From the NCBI GenBank assembly GCA_028826165.1, contig JAPDFW010000098.1, positions 180,255 to 244,254 of the forward strand: a DNA stretch of 64,000 nt. The letters are read 5' to 3'. Position numbers and translations under genes: made by a program. Under the pieces are notes generated by a model, which saw nothing but the letters and a program-made list of their open reading frames with translations, had not been told where the DNA came from and made no database searches. This DNA comes from Anaeramoeba ignava BMAN. Lineage: Eukaryota; Protista; Anaeramoebae. Below are positions 14,823 to 27,127 of this stretch, piece after piece. Numbering within the stretch: the stretch's first letter is position 1; each line of letters opens with the position of its first letter.

Positions 14823-16279
14823 ATGAAAATTTATTTGATTTTTTTATTATTTTTATTATTAAATTCTAAAATCAATTGTTTTTCAAAGTTTCTCAAAAAA
14901 ATTCCAAGATTTAATTGGAAAGGAAATAAAATATCAAATGAATTTTGTGATTATCAAACAAAAACTTATCGAATTAAATGGGAAATTGAAGATGATGAAT
15001 GCGAACAATTAGAATATTTTCAATCAATTAGCAATTTTGTTTTTTTTGGATTTCTTTTCAGTTTAACTCCTTTTATAATTCTTATAAAAATTTGTTTTTC
15101 AAAATGTTGTTTCAAAAAAAGAAAAAAAGTGGAACAAAAAAAAAAGCAAAATTTCCAAAAATATAAATTAATTTTGAAAATAATTTCTTTGGTTTTTATG
15201 TAAGAAATTTTACTTCAAAAAAAAATCACAAAAAAATTTCTTTATTATTTGATAAGTTTTTTAATTTTATTCCAAATTGTTGAATTAGCAAAAATTATGA
15301 ATTCAATTAAAACTTCAATTATTTTAATTTCTGAATCAACTTTGAAAGTGGAAAATCAAGGAAAAAATATTTTTTATTCTTTAGAAAATTTTCGAAAAGC
15401 AAAAATAACAAATGCCAACATTGAATTAGCTTTTCAAGAATCAAATTATATTAAGTAAATCATTTTGAATAATTTAAGATTTTTTAAACTGAGAAAATTT
15501 ATTAATTAATCTTCTTTTATTTTGCTTTGGAAAAAAAACTCAAGTTATCAATCAAGTTTAATTGAAAAATTTTCCAAAATTGGGAAAATTATTTGGTTTG
15601 TTCTTAATTTTCTTTCCATTTGCTTTCTTTTACTTTTTGAACTGCTTTTTTTAATGAAGTTTTGTTTCCATTCCAAAAAATTTTCCAAATATTTCCCAAA
15701 AATTTTTTTGATAGGATCAAGTTTATTTTTTTTGAATTTTGGGATTAACTTTGCTTTATCAATAATTAATAATGATTTTTGTTATGAAATTGAAAAGAGA
15801 AGAGATAATTATGGACTTAATTGGATAGTTTATTCATCAGGAAGGAAATATTTTTCCAATTTTGTTGAAGGATGTGAAGATGTTCTTTATTATTACAAAA
15901 ATCAAAATCAAAATCAAAATCAATTTATTGAATATTTTCAAAATTTATTGATTGAATCACAAAATCTTGAAAATGGAAATTTTGTTCAGGAAATATTTCA
16001 GAATTTAATTCCTTCTTTTTGTAAATCAATGTTAATTGGAATGGAATCTTTTATTTTTTCTTCTTTTTTTAGTGGAATTATTCTTTTTTATGGAAGTTTA
16101 ATCTTATTAAAATTAAAAAGAGAAGAAGAGGAACAACAATTTAAAAAGAAGAAGAAGAAGAAGAAATTGAACTTGAAAATTTAAATTTAAATTTCAATGA
16201 AAATGAAAATGATTTAAAAATTGAAGAATTAAAACAATCTTATCAAATCTCTTTTAAAGTTGAAAAAAATTCTCTTTGA
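14823..16279 (+). CDS. Tweety (TTYH)-like multi-pass membrane protein, 2 introns; probable homopolymer frameshift near 16140 (ORF track stops at 16184)
   Basis: N-terminal IPRFNW..Y..S followed by TM1 ending in CC, a helical ectodomain, TM pair, NDFC (cf. tweety SDFC) and FC..ML.GM before the last TM. This is pattern-level resemblance only. Confidence 0.5.
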
Positions 16280-16316
16280 AAAAAATGATCAAAACAAATT
16301 GAATATTTTTCGTTTT

Positions 16317-19145
16317 TTAAAAAAATTTGAACAAAGGATCAATAATTGTAAATAAAGAACTATCATAATCATAATAAATTTGAGAAGAATCATTTTGATT
16401 TTGATTTTGATTTTGATTTTGATTTTGATTTTCATTTTCCCAAGAAAATTGAGAATTTTTATCTAAAATTTTAAATCCTATTGTTTGATTTCCACGAAAT
16501 TCAAATTCAATTTTGATTGGATATTTTTGATTTTTTTGCTGATTTAAATTATCTAAATTATCTCTTGAATTCTTTGTTTTTTTATAAGGTAATTGCCAAG
16601 CATTAGGTTTTGATTCAGACCAATTACCAAATTTAGAAAGAATTCTTAATTCTCCTTTTTCGATCCAAATTTTTTCAATTCCTTCATAATTTATTTGAAT
16701 ATTTTGAATATTTGATTTTTTTTGAACTTTATATTCAATTTTAATTCCATCATTTGTAATTCTGAAAATCAAATCAATTCCTTTCCATAAATTCTTATAA
16801 ATAATTGATTTATAACTTGGAACGTCACTTTTCCATTTGGATTTATCGTTTCCAAGAAAGAAATTAAATTTTGTAACTGCTTTTTCTAATCCATTAATTT
16901 TAACTTTTTTACTTGAATTTAAAAATTGAATTTTTGTAAAATGAAATTTTGTTTGTTCTTGATTTGATGTTTCATTTTCTGTTGATTCGTTTTTAATTGT
17001 GTATATATTTCTAATTATGAATTTATCTTTGTAGAAAAATAATGTTGATTGTTTTGTGTCGATATAAAACTTAACAGAAGATTCATATTGCATATCATTT
17101 TTAACGAAGCAAATCCTTTATTTTTAATTTAATATTTAATTTAATATTTAATTTAATATTTATTTTAATATTTTAATATTTATTTTAATATTTATTTTAA
17201 TATTTATTTTAATATTTATTTTAATATTTATTTTAATATTTATTTTAATATTTATTTTAATATTTATTTAAATATCTATTTCAATATTTATTTCAATATT
17301 TATTTTAATATTTATTTTAATATTTATTTTAATATTTATTTTAATATTTATTTTAATATTTATTTTAATATTTATTTTAATATTTATTTTAATATTTATT
17401 TTAATATTTAATTTAATATTTAATTTAATATTTATTTTAATATTTAATTTAATATTTATTTTAATATTTTAATATTTATTTTAATATTTATTTCATTATT
17501 TAATTTAATATTTATTTTAATATTTATTTTAATATTTATTTTAATATTTATTTTAATATTTAATTTTAATATTTATTTTAATATTTAATTTAATATTTAA
17601 TTTAATATTTATTTTAATATTTTAATATTTATTTTAATATTTTAATATTTAAATATCTATTTCAATATTTAATTTAATATTTATTTTAATATTTATTTTA
17701 ATATTTAATTTAATATTTAATTCAATATTTATTTTTAATATTTATTTCAATATTTATTTTAATATTTATTTTTGATATTTATTTTAATATTTATTTTAAT
17801 ATTTATTTTTAATATTTATTTTTAATATTTATTTTAATATTTATTTTTAATATTTATTTTAATATTTATTTTAATATTTATTTCAATATTTATTTTAATA
17901 TTTATTTCAATATTTATTTTTAATATTTATTTCAATATTTATTTCAATATTTATTTTAATATTTAATTTAATATTTAATTTAATATTTATTTCAATATTT
18001 ATTTTAATATTTATTTTAATATTTAATTTAATATTTAATTTTAATATTTATTTCAATATTTAATTTTAATATTTATTTTAATATTTATTTTAATATTTTA
18101 ATATTTAATTCAATATTTAATTTAATATTTATTTTAATATTTATTTTAATATTTATTTCAATATTTATTTTTAATATTTATTTTAATATTTATTTTAATA
18201 TTTATTTTAATATTTATTTTAATATTTATTTTAATATTTATTTTAATATTTATTTTAATATTTATTTTAATATTTATTTTAATATTTATTTCAATATTTA
18301 TTTTAATATTAAATTTAATATTTTAATATTTATTTTAATATTTATTTCAATATTTAATTCAATATTTATTTTAATATTTATTTTAATATTTAATTTAATA
18401 TTTATTTTTAATATTTATTTTAATATTTATTTTAATATTTATTTTAATATTTATTTTAATATTTATTTTAATATTTATTTTAATATTTAATTTAATATTT
18501 ATTTTAATATTTATTTTAATATTTATTTTAATATTTATTTTAATATTTAATTTAATATTTATTATAATATTTATTTTAATATTTATTTTAATATTTATTT
18601 TAATATTTATTTTAATATTTAATATTTAATTTAATATTTAATTTAATATTTATTTTAATATTTATTTTAATATTTAATTTAATATTTATTTCAATATTTA
18701 TTTTAATATTTATTTTAATATTTATTTTAATATTTTAATTTAATATTTATTATAATATTTAATTTAATATTTATTTTAATATTTATTTTAATATTTATTT
18801 TAATATTTATTTTAATATTTAATTCAATATTTATTTTAATATTTATTTCAATATTTATTTTAATATTTATTTTAATATTTATTTTAATATTATTGATTTC
18901 AATATTTAATTTAATATTTATTTCAATATTTATTTTAATATTTATTTTAATATTTATTTTAATATTATTGATTATCACTTTTGACTTTCTATTATTGATT
19001 CTACTTCTTTAGGAATAGGATTTAATTGTTCTTTTGGTTTATTTTTAAAAAATTGTTCTTGATTAAAATCATGACTAAAATTTTTAGTAAAAATAAATTG
19101 AAGAAAAAAGAAAATGAATAAAAATAAAAATAAAATAAATTTCAT
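16317..19145 (-). CDS. Secreted protein consisting only of the N-terminal domain of prokaryotic SBBP beta-propeller cell-surface proteins (DUF7948-like); exons 19145-18979 and 17115-16317
   Basis: Signal peptide, then CFVKNDMQ..VKFY, NFFLGNDKSKWKSDVPSYKSIIYKNLWKGIDL, IQINYEG, P.AWQ, IGF...YD..LFTIIDP. The intron phase (AA|G) is consistent. Confidence 0.8.
17120..18970. repeat. (AATATTTATTTT)n 12-mer satellite filling a 1.86 kb intron
   Basis: Visible tandem 12-mers between GT (18978) and AG (17116) on the minus strand. Confidence 0.92.
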
Positions 19146-19253
19146 AATGAAATAATAAAAGAAATAAAAAGAAAAAAAAGAAAAAAAATGAATTTATAAA
19201 AAACTAAAAAATTTTTTTTTCATTTTTTTCTTTTTTAAAAAATAAAAATAAAA

Positions 19254-22200
19254 ATGAAAAAAACAAAAAAACCGAAATATAAAAAAAATAAAAGAAAACA
19301 ACAAAAACAACAACAAAAAGCAAATGAAGCGAAAGAAATCAAAGAATTAGAACAACGACTAAAACTTGAAAAACCTCCGCCAACAGGAAATGATTTAAAA
19401 ATTAATAACGAAGAAGATGTGAATAATTTTCTTGAAAATTATAGAATTAGATATAAACCTGTAAAGACCTTTTCAGAATTGCCTATTTCTTTTAATACAA
19501 AAAAAGGTCTTTCTTTTAATAATTTTACTCAAATGACTGAAATTCAACGTGCTGCTATTCCTCATGCTTTGGTTGGAAGAGATCTTTTGGGTGCTGCTGT
19601 TACTGGTTCTGGAAAAACTTTGGCTTTTATTGTTCCTGTCTCTATCAATATTATAATTTAAATTACAATTATAATTACAATTATAATTATAATTAAAATT
19701 CATTTATAAATTTGAAATTATAATTACAATTACAATTATAATTAAAATTCATTTATAATTATAATTAAAATTAAAATTCATTTATAAAATTAAAAATAAA
19801 AATCAAAATTAAAATTAAAATTAAAATTAAAATTAAAATTAATATTAAAATTAAAATTAAAATTAAAATTAAAATTTAAAATTAAAATTAAAATTAAAAT
19901 TAAAATTAAAATTAAAATTAAAATTAAAATTAAAATTATAATTAAAATTAAAAATAAAAATAAAATTAAAATTAAATTCATTTATAAATTTGAAATTAAA
20001 ATTAAAATTAAAATTAAAAATTAAAAATTAAAATTAAAATTAAAATTAAAATTAAAATTAAAATTAAAATTAAAATTAAAATTAAAATTAAAATTAAAAT
20101 TAAAATTAAAATTAAAATTAAAATTAAAATTAAAAATAAAATCAAAATTAAAATTAAAATTAAAATTAAAATTAAAATTTAAATTAAAATTAATATTAAA
20201 ATTAAAATTAAAATTAAAATTAATATTAAAAATTAAAATTAAAATAAAATTAAAATTAAAATTTAAATTAAAATTAAAATTAAAATTAAAATTAAAATTA
20301 AAATCGGATAAAAAATTAAATAAAGATTTTAGAAAATCTTTACCGTTCACGTTGGACTTCTCTTGATGGAGTTGGAGCAATTATAATCTCACCAACTCGA
20401 GAATTAGCTCTTCAAATATTTACAGTTTTAGAAAAAGTAGGACAATTCCATTCTTTAAGTGCAGGATTAATAATAGGAGGAAAAGATGTAGATTTTGAAA
20501 AAGAAAGAGTTTCATTAATGTCTATTTTAGTTTGCACTCCTGGAAGATTACTTCAACATATGAATGAAACTTTTGGATTTAATTGTGAAAACTTAAAAAT
20601 GTTAGGTAATTTTTTTATTTAAAATAAACCTATTTTTGAAATAATTTTAATTAAAATAAATATTATAATAATTATTTAAAATTTATTTGAAATAATTTTG
20701 ATTAAAAAAATATTTAATATTTATTTTAATATTTTAATATTTATTTTAATATTTATTTTAATATTTATTTTAATATTTATTTTAATATTTATTTTAATAT
20801 TTATTTTAATATTTATTTTAATATTTATTTTAATATTTATTTTAATATTTATTTTAATATTTATTTTAATATTTATTTTAATATTTATTTTAATATTTAT
20901 TTTAATATTTATTTTAATATTTAAAATTTATTTAAAAAAATATTTAATATTTAAATAATTAAAAAAGTTTTGGATGAAGCTGATAGAATTCTAGATATGG
21001 GATTCGCAGAAACTATTAATGCTATCCTCGATAATCTTCCTTTACAAAGACAAACACTACTTTTTTCAGCAACTCAAAGAACTACTTTAACTCAATTAAT
21101 GAGATTGAATTTAAAAAACCCCGAATATATTTCTGTTCATGAACACGCAGAAAAATCAACACCTGAAAGACTATCTCAATTCTATATTACTTGCCAATTA
21201 GACGAGAAAATCAATGTTGTTTATTCCTTTATTAAAACCCATTTGAACCAAAAAATTCTAGTATTTTTAACAAGTTGCAAACAAGTGAAGTTTTTTTTCG
21301 AAGCTTTTCGCCATTTACAGCCAGGGATCCCATTGTTGCATATCCACGGGAATATGAAGCAAGCAACAAGAACAGAAATTCACGATGATTTCTGTAAAAA
21401 AAAGCGGGCCGTTATGTTCACAACAGATTTATCATCAAGAGGACTTGATTTTCCTGCTGTACATTGGGTAGTTCAAGTCGATTGTCCTGAAGACGTTGAT
21501 ACTTATATACATCGTGTTGGCAGAACTGCAAGAAATGAATCCTTTGGTAGCGCTCTTTTGATTTTATGCCAAAGTGAAGAGCCTGAAATGATATCTCTTT
21601 TGCAATTGCGCAAAATTGTTTTGACAAAAATCGAAATTAATGATGATAAAATGCTTTCAATTCAAACTGCTTTGCAAGGATTACTTTCAAAGTTTCCTCA
21701 ACTTAAATATTTTGCGGAAAGAGTAAGTTTTTCTTTAATTTAAATAAAAAGAAAATTTTTTTAAAAAAAGTGGAACAAAAAGTGGAACAAAAAAATTTTT
21801 TTATTTTAAAAAAGTGGAACAAAAAAATTTATTTATTTTTTCCTTTTTTTTTGATAATAGAGTTTCGTTACTTATGTTAGATCAATTTTCTTCCAGAAAA
21901 ATAAGAAAGTATTCCAACTTGAAAAATATCCATTAGATAAATATTCACAATCACTTGGTTTAGTTTCTACACCAAAAATCAAAGCGATAAAAAGAGAAAT
22001 TTCAAAGAAAAAAAGAAAAGAAATTGATATTGAAGAAAAACAAGAAAAAAAAGATCAAGAAAAACAAAAGCAAAAACAAGGAATTCCTCGTGATGAAAAA
22101 ATAATGTTGAGAGAAAATAGAGATGTTCTCTCAAAAGATTGGTTGAAATTGAAAGAATTAAATGAAAACGAAGAAGATTTTTTGACAAAAAAAGAAGATG

Positions 22201-22853
22201 GAGTTCATAATTATCTAACAAGTGAAGAATTGAATAATGAAAATCAAATAGAAAAAATAAGATCTAAGCAAAGAATCAAAATTGGGAAATCTGGTTTAAC
22301 AACAAAATATAATAAAAAAGTAGTTTTTAGTGATGATGATTCAGATGAAAATTCAAATCAAAATTTAGATGAAAATCAAAATTTAGATGAAAATCAAAAT
22401 TTAAATGAAAATGAAAATTTAGATGAAAATGAAAATGAAAATCAAAATTTAGATGAAAATTTAAATCAAAATCAAAATCAAAATCAAAATCAAAATCAAT
22501 TCGAACCTTATTCATCAACTACTTTTGATGATATTCAAAATTTTAGAAAATCTGTTAGAGAAAAAATTCAAAAATCAGATCAAGAAGATAGAATTTTGGA
22601 AAATAAAAAATTAAAACAAAGAAGATTAAAGAAAAAATTAAGTGAAAAAGGATTAGATTTTGCTGTTGAAAATATAAAAGAAAAACAAGAGTTAAATGAA
22701 CCAAAACTTTTAGAAAAAAAACCAAAAAAAAATCAAAAAAAATCAAAAAAAGTTTCAACAAAATTTCAAGAAAATTCATTAGAAAATATGGAACAAAATT
22801 CATTAGAAAATATGGAACAAATAGCAATGAAATTACTTCATAATAATCTTTAA
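19254..22853 (+). CDS. DBP4: DEAD-box RNA helicase DBP4/DDX10, 4 exons
   Basis: Q motif (MTEIQR), [35 protein letters not shown] and HRVGRTAR, plus DBP4-type [13 protein letters not shown] and [14 protein letters not shown]. Confidence 0.92.
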
Positions 22854-23061
22854 AAACAATTTTAAAAACAATTTTAAAAACAATTTTAAAAAGAATTTGA
22901 GAATTTATTTAGAAAATAAACTTTTTTAGATTGAAATAAACTCTTTTAGTTTTTTTTTTAAATTTAAACCAAAATGAAATTAAGAAAAAAAAAAGTGGAA
23001 TGAAAATTGAAAATTAAGAAAAAAAAGTGGAATGAAAATTGAAAATTAAGAAAAAAGTGAA

Positions 23062-24068
23062 TTATTTTTTTTCTTTATCTTGTCTTATTAAATTCATTAA
23101 CCATGACATTTCTTCTGCAACATCAATAATGTTTATTTTTCCTTCTTTATCTTCTTTTGAATCTCCTTTATTATAACCAACAGTTAACTATTTAAAAAAA
23201 ATCAAAATTAAAATTTTTGGATTTTGATTTTTAAATATTTATTTACATTCCAATAAGTTGAACCAGGAATAATAAATCCAAGTGGTGTAAAGAAATAATT
23301 TAATTGTGAAAATGTTCCTGCTGCTCCTCCTCTTCTATTTACTGCAATAGAAGCTCCAACTTTATGATAAAATGGACTATGACCTTTTTCATCTCTATTT
23401 AGTGCTGCAATCTTATTTTAATATTAATTTTAATTTTAATTTTAATTTTGATTTTAATATAAATTTTAATATTAATATTAATATTAATTTTAATATTAAT
23501 ATTAATTTTAAATTTAATTTTAATTTTAATTTTAATTAATTTTAATTTTAATTTTAATTTTAATTTAAATTTTAATTTTAATTTTAATTTTAATTTTAAT
23601 TTTAATTTTAATATGAATTTTAATTTTAATTTTAATTTTAAATTTAATTTTAATTATAATTTTAATTTTAAATTTAATTTAAATTTTAATTTTTGGATTG
23701 TAATTAAATGTTTAAAAAAAAGGAAAAAGAATTACAATTCCAACACGATCAATAAAAGTTTTAATTTGACCACTAGGACCAGCAACATAAACAGGAGAAG
23801 CAATAATAACACCATCAGATTCTTTAATTTTTTGATAACATTCATTAACACAATCATCTTCTATAACACATTTTTCAGTTTTATAACAACTTCTACAATC
23901 TAAACAACCTTGTGTTATTTTTTTTCCAATTTGGATACTTTCTGTTTTAATGTTTTTATCTTTAAAAACATCAAACATTGTTTCAATCATCCAATGTGTA
24001 TTCCCTCGATATCTTGGACTTCCGTTAACTGCAAATACTTTTAATGGTTTTTTTATTAAATCACTCAT
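23062..24068 (-). CDS. Iron-sulfur flavoprotein (Isf, NADPH-dependent FMN reductase family), copy 1, 3 exons
   Basis: NGSPRYRGNT, CLDCRSCYKTEKC (Cx2Cx2Cx5C), ASPVY, FIDR, RRGG and PGSTYWN motifs. GT-AG introns join the exons in frame. Confidence 0.92.
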
Positions 24069-24679
24069 TAATTAAGAAAAATGTGAAAAATGAAAAATGA
24101 AAAATGAAAAATGAAAAAAAAAAGCAAAAATTTTTCTTGTTTTTTTTTGATTTAATTTGGTTCTTTGATTTTTGGAAATTTCTTTAAATTTCAATTTAAA
24201 TATTATTTTAAATTAACTATTAAATTAAATATTTATTATTTTATTAAAATAAATTAAATCCAAAAAAAGTGGAATAATTTATTAAATTAATCAAAAAAAT
24301 ATGAATATTTACTTAATAAAATATTTATAAATAAAAATAATATTATTTTAAGATAAATATTAAAAATATAATATTATTTTTAAATAAAAATATTAAATTA
24401 AATATTATTATTTTATTAAAAATATTAAATTTAAATCCAAAAAGTGGAATAATTTTTAAATTTCAAAAAAATTAATCAAAAAAATATAAACTATATTTAT
24501 TTTTTAAAATAAATAAAAAAATAATTTATTAAATTCAAAAATATAAATATTTACTTAATAAAATATTCTTTAAGATCAAATAAAAATAAATATTATTTTA
24601 AATTAAATATTAAATTAATTATTTATTATTTTTTTATTTAAATCAAAATGAAAAAAAGTGGAATTAAGAAAAAAGTGAA

Positions 24680-25806
24680 TTATTTTTTCTTTATCTTGTC
24701 TTATTAAATTCATTAACCATGACATTTCTTCTGCAACATCAATAATATTGAATTTTCCTTCTTTATCTTCTTTTGAATCTCCTTTATTATAACCAACAGT
24801 TAACTATTTAAAAAAAATCAAAATTAAAATTTTTGGATTTTGATTTTTAAATATTTATTTACATTCCAATAAGTTGAACCAGGAATAATAAAACTATGGG
24901 CTAAAAAGAGATAATTTAATTGTGAAAATGTTCCTGCTGCTCCTCCTCTTCTATTTACTGCAATAGAAGCTCCAACTTTATGATAAAATGGACTATGACG
25001 CTTTTTATCTCTATTCATTGATGCCAACTTATTTTAATTTTAATTTTAATTTTAATTTTAATTTTAATTTTAATTTTAATTTTAATTTTAATTTTAATTT
25101 TAATATTAATTTTGATTTTAATTTTATAAATGAATTTTAATTTTAATTTTAATTTTGATTTTAATTTTATTTTTAATATTGATTTTAATTTTAATTTTAA
25201 TTTTAATTTTAATATTAATTTTAATTTTGATTTTGATTTTGATTTTAATTTTATAAATGAATTTTAATTTTAATTTTAATTTTAATTTTAATTTCAATTT
25301 AAATTTTATTTTTAATTTTAATATTGATTTTAATTTTAAATTTAATTTTAATTTTGATTTTAATTTTAATTTTAATTTTAATTTTAATTTTGATTTTAAA
25401 TTTAAATTTAATTTTAATTTTAATTTTAATTTTTGGATTGTAATTAAATGTTTAAAAAAAAGGAAAAATCTACATGACCAACACGATCAATAAAAGTTCT
25501 AATTTGACCACTAGGACCAGCAATATAAACAGGAGAAGCAATAATAACACCATCAGATTCTTTAATTTTTTGATAGCATTCATTAATACAATCATCTTCT
25601 ATAGCACATTTTTCAGTTTTATAACAACTTCTACAATCTAAACAACCTTGTATCATTTTTTTTCCAATTTGGATACTTTCTGTTTTAATGTTTTTATCTT
25701 TAAAAACATCAAACATTGTTTCAATCATCCAATGTGTATTCCCTCGATATCTTGGACTTCCGTTAACTGCAAATACTTTTAATGGTTTTTTTATTAAATC
25801 ACTCAT
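24680..25806 (-). CDS. Iron-sulfur flavoprotein (Isf), copy 2, 3 exons; terminal A-run is 2 nt shorter than in copy 1, so the stop is uncertain
   Basis: Near-identical paralogue of copy 1 with the same intron positions. Confidence 0.88.
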
Positions 25807-25929
25807 TAATTAAGAAAAATGTGAAAAATGAAAAATGAAAAATGAAAAAAAAAAGCAAAAATTTTTCTTGTTTTTTTTTGATTTAATTTGGTTCTTTGAT
25901 TTTTGGAAATTTCTTTAAATTTCAATTTA

Positions 25930-26645
25930 AATATTATTTCAAATTAACTATTAAATTAATTATATATTATTTTATTAAAATAAATTAAATCCAAAAAAAG
26001 TGGAATAATTTATTAAATTAATCAAAAAAATATGAATATTTACTTAATAAAATATTTATTAAATTAAAATAATCTTTAAGATCAAATAAAAATAAATATT
26101 ATTTTAAATTAAATATTAAATTAATTATATATTATTTTATTAAAATAAATTAAATCCAAAAAAAGTGGAATAATTTATTAAATTATTCAAAAAAATATGA
26201 ATATTTACTTAATAAAATATTTATTAAATAAAAATATTCTTTAAGATCAAATAAAAATAAATATTATTTCAAATTAAATATTAAATTAATTATTTATTAT
26301 TTTGTTAAAATAAATTAAATCTAAAAAAGTGGAATAATTTATTAAATTAATCAAAAAATATAAATATTTACTTAATAAAATATTTATTAAATAAAAATAT
26401 TCTTTAAGATCAAATAAAAATAAATATTATTTTAAATTAACTATTGAATTAATTATATATTATTTTGTTAAAATAAATTAAATCTAAAAAAAGTGGAATA
26501 ATTTATTAAATTAATCAAAAAAATATAAATATTTACTTAATAAAATATTTATTAAATTAAAATATTCTTTAAGATCAAATAAAAATAAATATTATTTCAA
26601 ATTAAATATTAAATTAATTATTTATTATTTTATTAAAATAAATTA
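25930..26645. repeat. Tandem array of ~164-165 bp monomers (about 4.3 copies); a degenerate copy lies at about 24200-24640
   Basis: GTGGAATAAT anchors at 26000, 26165, 26329 and 26493. Confidence 0.9.
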
Positions 26646-27127
26646 ACTGAATTGAAAAAAAAACAAATTTTCTTTATAAAATATTTTTTTAAAAATTTTT
26701 CAAATAATCCCTCTAAATGATCAGAAAATAAAAGGAAAATAAAAGGAAAATAAAAGGAAAATAAAAGGAAAATTTTAAGAATAAAAGAACTTAAATTAAA
26801 TTAAATTAAATTAAATGAAATTAAATCAAATTTATGAAGATATTTCAAAGTGATTAAACTCAACATGACGTGGTAAAGAAAAAGAATAAAAAAAAATTTT
26901 TTTTTAAATTAAAATTAATTAAAAAAAACAAAAGATCACTTTTCTTTCAATTCATTTTTTTTCTTTTTTAAAAAATTTTTTCTATTAATTTTTGTTTTTG
27001 TTTTTTTGTTGTTTTTGTTGTTTTAATTAATCAAATAAATTGCAAATTTAAATTAAAAAATATAATTAAAAATTTTATTTAAAGAAAAAATTTTTTTATT
27101 CAATAATTTTTAATTTTGAATATTATT

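Noticed and set aside
19638-19650. U12-type intron at the unusual DBP4 donor GTCTCT
   Set aside because: It does not match RTATCCTT and no TCCTTAAC branch site is visible; treated as a weak U2 donor.
19254-22853. Intein or self-splicing intron in the helicase or other genes
   Set aside because: All interruptions are GT-AG, low-complexity and non-coding; no Hint or homing-endonuclease motifs were seen.
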